Shown piece by piece: positions 42,248 to 56,316 of a stretch of 64,000 nt of DNA. How positions within the stretch are numbered: the first letter of the stretch is position 1; each line of letters starts with the position of its first letter. Source of the stretch: Eledone cirrhosa (lineage: Eukaryota); NCBI GenBank assembly GCA_964016885.1, contig OZ024740.1:53754001-53818000 (forward strand), in the 5' to 3' direction. The notes beneath the pieces were generated by a model that saw only the letters and a list, made by a program, of their open reading frames with translations, did no database searches and was not told the DNA's origin. The position numbers and the translations under genes are program-made.

Positions 42248-44305
42248 TATATAAATATGTGTGCGTTTGTGGATGAGGCAATGCAGGCTAATATAATCAA
42301 TACTAATATGATATATGTTAACGAATACCATGGTCGAACGATACCACTTAGTGTAAAAGGTCACACAAGTATTTCCAGCGTATAATATTCAAATTCGGTT
42401 TCGAGCAATTTTTATTTCACTGCCACATTTTTTACAATGACTGCCATTCTCTCTTTAAATTGCTTCCTTAACCACTTGCATCTTTGGCAATTAGATATCA
42501 GTCGGACACAATCATAAGGTTTTCCTTATTCACAAAATGTTATTGGCAAGCTATCTGCAAGCTAATATCTCTCTAATGTTGCTATGAATTTATGTATAAA
42601 AAACAACAGCAACAGAAAAGTAACTGTGAAAAGCCTGCTGGGATGATGACAAATGCAGCATATTTTTTGTTTGCATGAACATCAGTAGTTTTCTTACTAA
42701 CCATCTGTTCACGACATCCTTGTCTTTTAAGTAATTTTCAAGTGAATATTGTACATTTTCATATATTCTTGTATGTTTTTTGACACATTATCGTTGTAAA
42801 TAGGGTCAGAGGTCCGCAAACACTGCTAAGTCATAATGTATTTGTGTAGAACAGGAATCTTATCAATAGAAAAGTTCAGTACTAAGCTGTTTCTTTGGAA
42901 CTCGGTGCAAAGTTTTTCTTCAAAACACATACATTTTTCTCTTTTCATGTATTCAATTGTGTATTTAATAAAATACATTTAAACAAAATAACATTTAAAC
43001 GAAATTACAGGAAATATTGTATTAAGAATTCCCTTTGTTTTATTAAAACAAGGAATGCGTTATATTTTTATCGGTTTTAAGTTAGGAATTTATTTCATAC
43101 ATTTGAATTATTATTATTGTTGTTGTTTGTGTTGTTGTTGTGTACTTCTAGTTCTTGTTATTGTTTTGTTGTTGATTTTGTTGTTCTTGTTATTCTTGTT
43201 ATTGTTGTAGCTTTTCATTCGTAAGGTTGTTAATTACTAAAATATCTGGATTGAAATTTGATTAACTGAAAATCTTAAAACAAATAAATTGTTTGAAGGG
43301 ATAGCCAGAAGGAAGAGAAAAGCTTTGTGGTCCGGGCTGTAGAAACTGGAGTCAATGCCTCGGGCAATTGTTGAAGTTCAAAAATAGCTGAAGCAAAAAT
43401 GATTAGGTTGTTTGATAGGGCTAAAATGTTACGAAATTAAGAAATCATTAAAATAAATAACGAACGTTGGTTCTTTATAATTGACTAATGAAATTTTTTC
43501 GGTTGGCTATTTATCTGGAGTTCATATATATTCATGTTGATCACTAAGAAAGCACTACATTATCCTTATGAATTATTGTGTATTCTAAAATGATAATTAT
43601 TGTTTTTAAGCATGATGCACTGTAAGGGAAAATTAGATTTACTATATGTAAAATATGTGCTGTATGTAGAAGCATATGCAAATGTATATAAACAAACACA
43701 CACACTCTCTCTCCGTATGTATGTATGTATGTATGTATGTATGTATGTATGTATGTATGTATGTATGTATGTATGTATGTATGTATGTATGTATGTATGT
43801 AGGTATGTATGTATGTTCTTCTGGTTTTATAATTTCACAAAGCTTTACCAATAGAGAGAGAGTCGGTTTCTAACATAGACACAAGACTCTCTCATTGGAA
43901 TTTACACAACATCAACTAGGTAGATATGTATGTATGCATGTGTAGATATGGATGTTATTGTATGTGTGGATGTGGATGTTTTGAGTTGTATGTGTGCATG
44001 TGTATATGCTTTGTATCTGTACATGTGTATATGCAGTTATTAGATGCAAAATGTATGTATGTATGTATGTGTGCATGTATGTATGTATATGCATATATAT
44101 ATTTATGTATATATATGTATATGTGTATATATATATATATATGTATAAGCATATATATATTTATGTATATGCATATATATATATATATTCATATATATAT
44201 TTATGTATATATATATGTATATATATATATATATATGTATAAGCATATATATATTTATGTATATGCATATATATATATATATTCATATATATATTTATGT
44301 ATATA

Positions 44306-44406
<101 letters not shown>

Positions 44407-44457
44407 GTATATATAATTATGTATATATATATGTGTATATATATGTGTATATATATT

Positions 44458-44492
<35 letters not shown>

Positions 44493-44819
44493 GTACATAT
44501 ATATTTATGTATATATAAATAAATAAATATATATATATATATATGCATGTATGTAAATGCATGTTTATATGTATGTATGAGTGTATGTATGTACGTTTAT
44601 AAATATATTTATTGAAATCATACACACAAAGCAAAATATTTTGTTGCAGATGTAATATGAAATCGACAAAGTGCGCACCATTAAAAAATGATGCTACAAC
44701 ATTCGATAACATTCAAATACACATGAAAGACAAATATATGTAGAGAATATGACATACTAATCATGAGCACTCCTAAAAGTATGTAATGCTCTTCTATAAA
44801 ACTGAAACAGGAATCATAT

Positions 44820-44862
<43 letters not shown>

Positions 44863-44870
<8 letters not shown>

Positions 44871-46150
44871 TTTACATATATATATACGTACACATACATA
44901 TACGTGTTTTGCAACTAGTCACTTTGTGGCTCAATGAAAAATTAATAAATTAAACAATCAGAGCTATATATCATAAAACATGTCTATAGAATCACAAGAT
45001 AAAATATATACTACTTCCTCTCCCAATTAGTATAATTAACTATATAAAAAATCGAATAAACCAGGCTATACGAATGAGGCTTCTATGAAGGAATCTCCGA
45101 TATATTATTACATATAAAAGTTTACATATATATATATACATACACATACATATACGTGTTTTGCAACTAGTCACTTTGTGGCTCAATGAAAAATTAATAA
45201 ATTAAACAATCAGAGCTATATATCATAAAACATGTCTATAGAATCACAAGATAAAATATATACTATTTCCTCTCCCAATTAGCATAATTAACTATATAAA
45301 AAATCGAATAGACCAGGCTATACGAATGAGGCTTCTATGAAGGAATCTCCAACAAATAACCAAAACTAGCGCTTCGCGTCGGCCGTAGTGGAATATTTAT
45401 CGAATATTTCGACAGCGTAATCGCCTAGATACAGTCAACTAAGCAGAATTAGGTTTAAAATAAACTAGGAGAAAACAGAATACATTTAAATACCTCTACC
45501 ATGGTTTCGTCCGTGTTTTGAGTTTTCCAATAATTATGTAATAATTATATAAACTCGAGCGCCTGATTCTTCAGGAAGCTCGCTCAAATTCAGGAAGCTC
45601 GTTCAAATTTTCCAAAACGATCGCGCCAAGAATTCATTTCAAAATGGCTAAAAATCGCGACGTAGTCGCGGTCAAGTTGGAAGGGGTGTGGTAGTTGCTT
45701 ACGACTGGTGGCATTTTTGCTAGAAAGCACAGCACAATACAGCCAAATTTGTATCTCAACCTAGTGGGAGATTATTACATATAAAAGTTTACATATATAT
45801 ATATATACATACACATACATATACGTGTTTTGCAACTAGTCACTTTGTGGCTCAATGAAAAATTAATAAATTAAACAATCAGAGCTATATATCATAAAAC
45901 ATGTCTATAGAATCACAAGATAAAATATATACTATTTCCTCTCCCAATTAGCATAATTAACTATATAAAAATTCGAATAGACCAGGCTATACGAATGAGG
46001 CTTCTATGAAGGAATCTCCAACAAATAACCAAAACTAGCGCTTCGCGTCGGCCGTAGTGGAATATTTATCGAATATTTCGACAGCGTAAACGCCTAGATG
46101 CAGTCAACTAAGCAGAATTAGGATTCTATAGACATGTTTTATGATATATA
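44863..46150 (-). mobile_element. Family O non-coding tandem element (667-nt monomer) with short inverted arm
   Basis: ATTATTACATATAAAAGTTTAC at 45104 and 45771; partial copy 44863-45098; inverted arm GATTCTATAGACATGTTTTATGATA at 46122. Confidence 0.85.
45492..45579 (-). ncRNA. Type I hammerhead (family O), extended stem II
   Basis: GCTTC-CTGAAGA-ATC..GAGTTT..AAACTC..GAC-GAAA-CCATGG-TA-GAGGT; GUA triplet, palindromic stem III. Confidence 0.7.
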
Positions 46151-46274
46151 TATATATATATATATATAGTGGTGGGACACTGGAAGGTAATATCCGTAGT
46201 GGTAGAGCACTCAGTCCAAGGGATGAGTTAGGTAGAAGTGGTTACCACTTATATATATATATACATGTCGTTGG

Positions 46275-46510
46275 CGAATATATAAAACCTCAAGCAATTT
46301 GAACATAAGGAGCCTGACAAAAATCCCTTTATTTATATCACAGACAGATCGATAACCTATCGTTCCCTAGGGATATATAAAACTTCAAGCCACTTAAACA
46401 TAAGGAGCTTGACCAAAATCGCTTTTATACATATCACTGACGGGTCGATAGAATATCGTTTCCTAGGGATATATAAAACCTGAAGCAACTTAAGCATAAT
46501 TAGCCTTGCA
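46275..46510. repeat. Diverged ~96-bp tandem repeat (2.4 copies)
   Basis: TATATAAAAC(C/T)T.AAGC at ~46279, 46374 and 46470. Confidence 0.8.
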
Positions 46511-47062
46511 TAAATAGTAAGAGTCCGATTTCAGAGATCCGTCACTAGCGATGTATGAGATATAAATGAACAAACCGAAACATTTATGCTCCTCTGTTAA
46601 AGCATAGGTCGTAACTTAGTTACAATCAAGTGAATTCTTTAAGTCAGGGCGCTGGAAGTTTTTATTTCTTTTGTGTGAATATACTCAAATCGTTTTCTTT
46701 CAAATTTTCAAAAATTAAAAGAAACACTTTTTCCACTATGGCGACACCAAGCGAATTCCTGGCACTATGTGTAACTGGTATCGCTAAAGTGAAACCTCCA
46801 AAACAAAAACAAAAACAAAAACAAAAACAAAAACAAAAAACATATGAATGGTGACATACGACTAAAAGAAAAAAAAACAATGAATAAAAGCAAAAAGCTG
46901 AATGTGTGTATTTGTGTGCAAATATATACAGAATGGTGTTCAGAATATTGGATGAAGTTGGCTTTTGGGACTTCTTTCTGCGATTGAACTTAGATTGACC
47001 CCTGGCGATTAAAGCCCCAACCACATAGGCGCACGCACGCGCGCGCTCACACACACACACAG

Positions 47063-47184
<122 letters not shown>

Positions 47185-47194
47185 TTTTTTAAAG

Positions 47195-47450
47195 TTTAAA
47201 GCGAAAATGCAGACAGTATAGTGTTGAATATTTGAAGTTTGGATTTATTATTGCCCCTAATAACGAACAGCTATTGTGTCTTCTTTGCAAGAAAGCTTTT
47301 TCGAAACAGGCCATGATGCCATCCAGCCTTTCCGATCATTTAAACAAGATACACCCTGATAAAGCAAACAAAGATGTGTCATACTTTAAAACTCAACGAG
47401 ATAAATTTCTCAACAGAATATCTATTCACTCCCTTATGATAAACGAGTGA
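47195..47450 (+). pseudogene. hAT (Buster/Charlie-like) transposase N-terminal BED zinc-finger fragment
   Basis: VEYLKFGFI..CLLCKKAFSKQAMMPSSLSDHLNKIHPDKANKDVSYF. Confidence 0.8.
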
Positions 47451-47619
47451 CAGAAATGCGTCCAGTTAAAGTTTAACTGGACGCATCGTTGAGTTTGTTA
47501 TTATTGGCTCACAAACTCATTCACCTATAGCAATAGAAAACTGTAAAATAACATTGTTTTATTGGTAGAACAATGTAGGTTCAAATAGAGCTAACAGTGG
47601 TCAAAGAATTACCATTGAT

Positions 47620-47787
47620 AATAATTGTTTCTACTTTTGGCACAAAGCCAGCAATTATTCCAGTGTATTACTGGTACTTTATTTTATCGACCCCGTAAGG
47701 ATGAAAGGCAAAGTTAACTTCGGCGGGATTTGAACTAAAAAAATAAAGGGCCGTAACTCTTTGCTGCAGAGCAAGGCGTCTGATCTT
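47620..47787 (-). mobile_element. tRNA-type SINE
   Basis: CTGGTACTTTATTTTATCGACCCCGTAAGGATGAAAGGCAAAGTTAAC..GGGATTTGAACT. Confidence 0.85.
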
Positions 47788-47877
47788 AAATACGTAAAAT
47801 GTGGAGGTGTATTTCACTGCTCTAAGCAGCAATAACACTGATTTTTATGCCTTATTTCCTTGACCTATTGAATTATG

Positions 47878-48850
47878 AAGGTGGCGAATTGGCAGGGCCG
47901 TTAGAACTTCGGATTCGTTTCGGACCTCTGCTTTCTGTGTTCAAATCCCGCTGAGATAAAATTTGCTTTTTATCCATTTGAGGTCGATGCAAAAAGTTCC
48001 AGTCAAATACTAGGGTCGATTCGTTCTCTATATCCCTTTCTCCCATTTTCTCATTCTCTCTATCCTTCTCTGAAAGAAATCTGCTGTATGCATACTTAGA
48101 GGGGAGTGGACCCCGCCAGGTTTTAAAATGCCCTAGAAGTGCCATATCTCAATACAGCACGCTTATGACTCCCTCGGGAGTTACGGAATCTGGATGCTAC
48201 ATTGAATGACGAACAATTATTCTAGAATTAGAAATAAGAATTGTAATAAGACTAGTCACATGGTGTTGCGTACACGTAGTTAGGTAGGGAAGATCACACA
48301 ATCTGCTTTCTTTGTTCTTTTTTTACAGTTGAGAAGATTTATGATTGAAGGCATTCCGAGCATGAGCATTTATATATTTGGCATATCTACAACTATTGTG
48401 TTCCCTTCTCGTTTTAAGACGCTTTAGGGAAAGGGATGTTGCAGTCTTTTCTAGCTGGCCGAGCGACATTCTAGGTCTCTCGGAGAGATGAACATAGATT
48501 AAATATTACTAATGAAGGTGGTGAATTGTCAGATCTGTTAGTATAGGAGAGAATGCTTTGCGTTATATATTTCGGCTTTCTGAGGCCTGAGGTCAAATCC
48601 CACTGCGTGAAGTTTACATTAATCAATTAAAGATAATGTAATGGCAGTTAAATACTAGAGTTGATTGTTTGTGTGCGCCCTTTTCGTTTTTAGACGCTTT
48701 AGTGAAAGGGGTGTTGCTGTGTTTTAGTACTAGTTCAAGTGGTGAGTTAGAATATAATTCGGCTCTTTGAGCTGTGAGTTTAAATCACACAGCGTTCCTC
48801 CTTAAGCAATAGAGCCAAAAAATGACAGTTAAATACTGGAGTTGATTCTT
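47878..48850 (+). mobile_element. Cluster of three older SINE copies (~47878-48020, 48515-48665, 48738-48850)
   Basis: GAAGGTGG(C/T)GAATTG..TT(C/T)AAATC..CAGT(C/T)AAATACT pattern repeated. Confidence 0.55.
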
Positions 48851-49249
48851 TATCTCTTTCTCTCTTTCGTTCTCATTTTGAGTATCGGTTATGTTGCTCT
48901 GGTAGAAGGTTTGTGGACTATCATGTTGCCATTCATTCAACTACGATATGCATTTAAGTTTACATTAACAAAAATGTTCCTCCTTACTTCAGACGAATAT
49001 GAGAGAAATTTGACTATTTCTAGCAGTCGGCAAAACAACTTGTGTTTTCCCTCAGTGGTACAAATGTTAGAAAGATATGTATATCTTGGATTAATATATG
49101 TATAAAGTATATACATTTGTTGACCTCAGACATTGGTTAAATTATTTCAAAACATAAGATCACTAATGTTGGTGAGACAGCCATTATGTATATATGTATG
49201 TGTATTGACAAAGTAATCAGTAGTTGGAAATGCAATTTCTGTCAGCGTG

Positions 49250-49540
49250 TACGCCTCGCAAAGATTGGTTATGTTAATTGCCTGAAGGAACATGAAAGGA
49301 TAACCACCCGCAACACCACTCAACAAAGACCTGGCGTAACAGCGCACGTGATACGCAACAAATAGTATAGAACTAGTTCCGGACTAAAAAAACACATGGT
49401 TGTACATAAAGATTGTGTCCCACCGGGTGACCCCAACTAGTCCTGCGGAAATCACAACTCTCTCCTGTCACTTGTGTCGTAAACCATGCAGATCTATAGC
49501 TGGCCTAGTAGGTCATCTACGATATTATAGGCGTAGATGT
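49250..49540 (+). pseudogene. RTE LINE 3' fragment with C2H2-like finger
   Basis: LSCHLCRKPCRSIAGLVGHLR resembles the RTE C-terminal C..C...C.SRIGL.SH.R motif. Confidence 0.6.
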
Positions 49541-49702
49541 GATGACAACGATGAATCAATAAAAGATGGCAATTATCTGTGAAGACGCTGCAATCCTCAT
49601 GTATGTATGAATGTTTGTATATATGTATGTATGGATGTATGTATGTAAGTATGTAAGTACGTATGTATGTATGCATGTACGTACGTATGTATAAATGTAT
49701 GT

Positions 49703-50450
49703 ATGTATACATGTACGTATGGATGTTCCCATTTCCAGTAGAAAGATTTAAAGAATTGGACATTGTCAGCTTTATTCAACCTATAACATGTATCCCAGTA
49801 CAACCTGTCTCATGGTCGGGTCGTTGGCGACTAAACTGGCAACCCCACCAAGGTTTCTTGGTGAGGAGGGTGACTTTGGACATCCTGCAGGACTAAAAAC
49901 AAAACCTGTCAAAGGGCAAAGGAGCTCTTAAGAGTCAATGGCCATCCAAAATCACCGGGAGAGATGACCCTTCAGCCTTTGTCAAGGCAGAATTCTAGGA
50001 GAAGGAAAACTCTGATATAACACCTGCAACCCTGATGGTATCCAATGATGTTGACTTGTTCTTCTTTTTGGTAAATATCATCTTGGTTAAGAGAGTGGGA
50101 CTGGCTTTGTGCAGTGCCTTTGCTCACTATAAAAGCTTCACGGCACAGGCATTGCTTTATATCTGGAGATCTCTCTGCACTTGTCGTCACATGGTACCAT
50201 GGGCCCAACACTATGTGTCAATAATTGTCACAAGTGTAGTGTTTGTACCAGAGTTTTCAAGTCGCTGGCTGGACTAAAAAGTCACACTCGTTCAGCGCAT
50301 CAGTAGGGGTTCTCCTACATGGATATAAAGTAGTGGCCGTACTCGAAAACGAGTTGGCAGCCACCATGTATACATGTACGTATGGATGTTCCCATTTCCA
50401 GTAGAAAGATTTAAAGAATTGGACATTGTCAGCTTTATTCAACCTATAAC
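49703..50450. mobile_element. 578-bp LINE-like insert flanked by an identical 85-bp direct duplication
   Basis: 49703-49787 equals 50366-50450. Confidence 0.7.
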
Positions 50451-50823
50451 TCGTAAGAAAGTTTTAAAGATTCTGAAGTTTCAGGATATCACGATCAATT
50501 GTAGCTCACAAATTATGATATCGTCTTTCTCCAGAAATTCAGGTTCGGTCACACTTTTGTCTTGGTGGGGGTGCTATATATGATGGCTGTCAAATAATGG
50601 CACTGATGGCAATGATGGCGCCAAGCAATGATGGCGCCAATCAAATAAATATGAAGCTGAACGTTTATCTTGCGTACTGAATCTGTAAACTCTAATATAT
50701 ATATATATGATTCCAGTTCCTCGGAGGAATAAACAAACGACCAGGAGCTGGAGATATCGATGTATTGACGGAGTAAAACACACTTCAACAACATGTGTAT
50801 CTGTCTTTTCCACACCAATTCGG

Positions 50824-50878
50824 ATTGCCTGAAGAGGTCACAGTCAATGATGGCGGTCACCGAAATATATAAAGCAGT
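50824..50878 (+). ncRNA. Hammerhead-like motif, cleavage triplet apparently mutated
   Basis: ATTGC-CTGAAGA-GGT..ACC-GAAA-TATATA-AA-GCAGT. Confidence 0.5.
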
Positions 50879-50936
50879 ATATCTATAATGTATAATAAAC
50901 GAAGCTAAATTTTACATTAATTTGACTCAATTATTT

Positions 50937-50967
<31 letters not shown>

Positions 50968-51796
50968 GGGTTGACAGACCCAGCATATTTATCAATGCCA
51001 GTACCGGTTGTATCTCAGCGCACTCAATGGGCAATGCAAGATACATCACCAGAGCACACACATAGGTATTTGCCTCAACAAAACACACGCAAAACGGGTG
51101 CCCATAAGGTTCCCGGACCCGAGCCTCTGCCGCACCAATGCATCAGCAAGGTGCACTGCAAATCCATCTGCATATATTATGCACAATCGGCTTATGCGGC
51201 TTCATCAGCGGGTATCGCCCAATCAATAACCAATCGATCGACAGAATCCAAACACCGGCCCATGCCGGTCATGACTGTTTGTGAGAACCGACACGGTAAA
51301 GCGATTAGCAACTGGCACCCGATAGGACGCCATCTCTCAACTAGCCACTGAATTACAAATTTTACGTGGGGACGGGAAGCTAAAAAGAATCAATCTTTTA
51401 GTTCCTGTCAGAAGCCCTCAGCCAACGTGTCCCACACACAAATTATCAAGGGGTGAAATGATGGCTATGAGAAACAGAAGTTCACATTGATATAAAATAG
51501 AATGGTAGCATTCGGTTCATGTCTCCAATCCCCATGACTAGAGGAAAGCGATGGTAACAATGGTAGTGCCAAGAACCTTTAACGGACTTTAAATGCGAAC
51601 ATCCATCATATAACAACATAGTAGGGAGCTGAAATGTGTCAGCCACGTGCGTAGATAACCAGTCTAATTCACGACTTAAAAGAGTGAGAGACAAAATTAG
51701 TTGCAGGAAAAAGAGTGCATATCAAAACAAAAACACAATATAAAAAGTGAAAAATTGTTTAACATACTCTCAATATTCCGCTCGTTGGTTGAACAC

Positions 51797-51950
<154 letters not shown>

Positions 51951-52297
51951 GGCGTTCACCCCAACACTTGAATCTGTTGAAGGAACCCTTTCTGCCTTTG
52001 TCACCCTTATTTCAGCCTTAAAGAATTAGCTCCTAAGGAATTTCCCTTTTCTCTAGACCATTGAACCCCACCCATCCTGTAGACACCTGTCTTACAGGCA
52101 TTGTTAGTCTAAGTGATAAACAAGGATTGATATTAAAATTTTGAATTCGTTTAAAGTACTTTTTCTGCCTTTGTTAATATTATAGCTTTAAAGATTTAGC
52201 TTATAATGAACTTCCTTTTTCTTTAAATCCTTCGCCCCCACCCTCTCCTACCACCAGAAAAAGAAAGATATAAATACTACCACTTATTTGGACAGCC

Positions 52298-52348
52298 AGT
52301 TTCCTGATGATTTCTCCCGAATGAAACAGTTCTAGTCCTGTAGAAGCT
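52298..52348 (+). ncRNA. Type I hammerhead ribozyme (family M)
   Basis: AGTTTC-CTGATGA-TTTC(TCCC)GAAT-GAAA-CAG(TTCTAGTC)CTG-TA-GAAGCT; GUA triplet; relatives at 3037-3080 and 41887-42003 (minus). Confidence 0.85.
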
Positions 52349-52451
52349 CTTCTATATTAAAACTTTTATACTCTGCTATGTATTGAGTACCTTACTTACT
52401 GTGGTTACCTCCGATTCAACCCGGAATAACTTATATATATATATATATTTA

Positions 52452-52523
<72 letters not shown>

Positions 52524-54233
52524 AAAGGTAAACAGAAATAACAACACAATCGGTTCAGTATATGGAAGGTATATATTAGGTTAACGCTTGATATAGCAGA
52601 AAGAGGGTCTTAACGTTATATATATATATGTATGCATGTGTGTATGTGTGTGCGCACGTGTGTGCGTGTGCGTGTGTGCGTGTGTATCTGTGTGTGTCTG
52701 TGTGTGCGTGTGTACCACACAAATAAATTGAATACATTGTTTGATGATCACTCGTGATAATTGAATTACTGTGAGTGTTGTCTATTTATTTTGTGACTGG
52801 GAAACTTCGAGGCTTCTACGAGGCTTCTACGAGAGTTTACGATTTTATCTATACTCTATGGATGCACCATAAAATTAATGACTTTTTGCGGATAAAGGTA
52901 TTTTATGATCTAAAGTATATTTCTGTAGTTTTCTGTGTTTTTCTGTCATTTTCTTTCTGTATATTAACATGTTATTCACTTTATATGACTAATAGGTTTA
53001 AAGCTGAGACTATGCTGTTAGTGGTAAATCTCATTGTAATGATAAAGGTTGCTAACCATCACCTAAGCATAAAAAGACAACTAACAAAATAAAAAAATGT
53101 ACATTGCGTACATTCTAGACATTTCCATAGACCTATTTTCATCTGAATGCTCCGATTCTCACATCATATACACTGGCATACGCGTAGAATATGCATATAA
53201 AATTTCTATCTGTGACCTAATTCGACTTTGTGTATTCTGCGTATGATTCAAGCTGCTTTTAGTCAGGGATAACCTGTGAGCTTTCCATTCTATGACCTTT
53301 ATTCAGCGGCTGTATGGTGGGGGTCATTTGAAAGCCAAGATCAATTTGACCTCTTACACCAGCATATTTCATAGAGTAATTTTTTTTGACATCGAACTAA
53401 TGTAGAGTTAAATAAATCTTGACAGGACTTGAACTTTGAGCCATAAGTTTATAAGTTCAATACCGGAGCAGTGAGTAACGCCTGCTATGAAATCTATATT
53501 TAATTAGCTAACGCCTAACTGATGCTAACTTTCAAGGAGTTGAGATGATGTGCTGGAGGAAACATGGCTAAAAGCCAACTGTTCCATAGAAAGAAAGCTC
53601 ATCAAGAATGTGAAAGGCTATGCAATTATACACGTCTTTTGTATGACAATGCAATGAATGAATTAGGGAAAGGACGTATAACTTGTATAATTAGTCACTC
53701 AGCCACATTAATGAAGTATTATAGAAAGGTTCCAGGACAAGAAAAGCTCTAGTATTCTACTAATCAGCTATTTGATAAAATAGAACACTAAATAGTAAAA
53801 TATTCATTCATCCAGTGAATGTGAATCACATAAAGGCTAACCTTTCTAAAATAATTTCAGAATTCCTTTTCTTTATTTGTACTATACTCTGCACTAGATA
53901 CAATTAATCTGTACAACATTTAGACAGATTTTCATATATTCGTTATTATTGTAACTTGAAGATATTTTAAATAATCAACTAAGTGAAATATCTTATTATC
54001 CGTCTCAAGGAGAAGATGATTCAACAATGACGTTTCAACTACGACTGTCTCGTTTTATTATCAGATATAATGCATTCGAGGATACTAATGCTTCGTCTTT
54101 TTTAAGGAGAATGATATGCTATGTGTGGGTGATTTGGCTGCTATTAATAAAACCAGACGGAGCACTCCATGCCCGTAAAATGTGGAAGCTTCACAGTCCT
54201 GAAGGACCATTATATATATAAGACATATGGATT

Positions 54234-54425
54234 GGCGGTGGATCGGCAGTATCGGTAGAGGGTCGGACGCCAAGCTTTGAAGCATAGAGTTACCTCCCTG
54301 TATGATCTGAGTTCAAATCCCGCCGAGGTTAACTTTGCCTTTCATACTTACGGGGTCGATAAAATAAAGTACCAGTAATGCACTGGGTTATTGCTGACCT
54401 TATGCCAAAAGTAGACACAGTTATT
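54234..54425 (+). mobile_element. Full-length tRNA-type SINE
   Basis: Same family as 10771; TATATAAGACATA lies near both ends. Confidence 0.9.
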
Positions 54426-54546
54426 TATATAAGACATAATCTATGATCCGTAACACATGACGGAGATGTAGAGGAGCCGTCGTGATATACGGCATGTCAT
54501 AAAGCACTTTAAACCTGGCAGAGCCCCCCACTCCGCCAGGCCTGAA

Positions 54547-54591
<45 letters not shown>

Positions 54592-54949
54592 TAATGAAAC
54601 AGACAGAGAGAGTGGGAGAGAGAGACAGGCTGGTATTGCTTTACCGACCTCTAAAGGCTGAAAAGCAAAAATTGACCTCGGCAAGGTGTGAACACAGACA
54701 GCGCGAAAAGCCGAAATGTATATTCCAAAACATTATGATGTTCTAACGACTGTGTCAATTCGCCATCTATATGGATTATTATATTTAGTACTTCCAGTAA
54801 AGTAGACTTTTTATCAAACTACGAACAATAGCAAGCATATAAAAAGTATGTGAGAGTTATTATTGAGAAGTAATGCAGGGGTAAGGGTATTTATATGACT
54901 CACATATGACAATATGAACTATCTCACTTATATATATATATATATATAT

Positions 54950-55815
54950 ATTGTTATACTTTGGGAGGGTCATGTTGCCAATAAGAAACACACGCACCAG
55001 TCGTTTCACTTCAATTTATTATAATAAATTTATAAATTTAGGAATTTATAAATTTCTGGTTGGTTGGTTGGTTCCACAACCAGATAGTTGTTTATATATT
55101 GTCAAAGTTCTTTCGTCACACATTCTGTGACCTCTTCAGTGACTGGGGATTCTTTTCTTTGTTTTTGTGCCTCTCCTTTGTTCTGTCCTACGTCATTTTG
55201 TTTCTGTGTGTGTGTTGTGTGCTCAGTCTGCGCATGTGCCACATCCGGGTGTCTGTGTGTGTTTATATTCGTTTATTTATTTGTTTATTTACATGTTACC
55301 GGTTGGTTGTTTGTTCTATGTGCGTGTGTGTTTTCATTTTGTCCGTAATTGTAAGTTGTGATGTTGCTGTTCCACTTATATTTTCTATTTAATTTTGGTT
55401 ATAATTCTTTTATGTTTATTGCCTCTGTGATTTGTCTAAACATTGCGTCTTTTCTGTGTGTAGATTCTATTTTTATTTCTATGTTCTCTAATTTACCCTT
55501 ATGTTCTATTTTAGCATGTTGGTAGAGTACAGATGATTCTTTACTATCTTGAAGTTCTCGCCAGTGTTCATTTATCCATTTCCCTACACTACGAGCTGTC
55601 TCACCTATGTACACTATAATTTTGTCTCTTGTGGAACCAACCAACCAACCAGAAATTTATAAATTCCTAAATTTATAAATTTATTATAATAAATTGAAGT
55701 GAAAGCAACTGGTGCGTGTGTTTCTTATTGGCAGCATGACCCTCCCAAAGTATAACAATATCGTTTTCAACACACGTTTTCAGATAAAGAATCTTGCTAA
55801 ACAAATTCAGAAACG

Positions 55816-55817
<2 letters not shown>
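54950..55817. mobile_element. Penelope-like element family D: GIY-YIG 3' fragment, UTR and HHR, closed by an inverted pLTR arm
   Basis: Inverted arms 54950-55077 / 55632-55760 plus a 57-nt tail; minus-strand IVYIGETARSVGKWINEH..LYQHAKIEH..FRQITEAINI at 55399-55620. Confidence 0.88.
55101..55143 (-). ncRNA. Minimal type I hammerhead ribozyme (family D)
   Basis: GTCA-CTGAAGA-GGTCAC(AGAATGT)GTGAC-GAAA-GAAC-TT-TGAC, on the same sense as the GIY-YIG ORF. Confidence 0.8.
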
Positions 55818-55890
<73 letters not shown>

Positions 55891-55893
<3 letters not shown>

Positions 55894-56316
55894 AATTAAT
55901 ATATCTACCGACATATGTATACAGATGCATACGTACGCTAGCAGATATATATGTATTGTCTTAGTAACTTTGTAGTTCAATGCAGGGGAATGCAGAACAA
56001 TTATATGAAAGACGTAAATAAGAAAGTTATGAAAATTGACTTACTTACTAAAATTTCACTCCAACTAATTAGTTTCTGTAAGGGGATAAATACAGTTACG
56101 CAATACCTGTAGAGAAGCCTTACGTCATCAGGGAGTCTATTCTCAGCTAAGCCACCAGGCAATGCCGGGACACTGGAAGCTTATATAACAATAATTCAGT
56201 GGATGGAAAAAAGCGAAAAAATCGAGCGGGGCTAGATTCTAAGCACTGAAAATTTCGCTGCCTCCTTGGTCAAGTGGCAAATTCAAAAGAATTAATCACG
56301 TGACACTGAGGTTAAC
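55891..56316 (-). mobile_element. Family C copy
   Basis: Colinear with 3308-3720. Confidence 0.85.

Noticed and set aside
50971-51351. 126-aa ORF in a GC-richer island
   Set aside because: No recognisable motif; probably the interior or UTR of an unidentified repeat.
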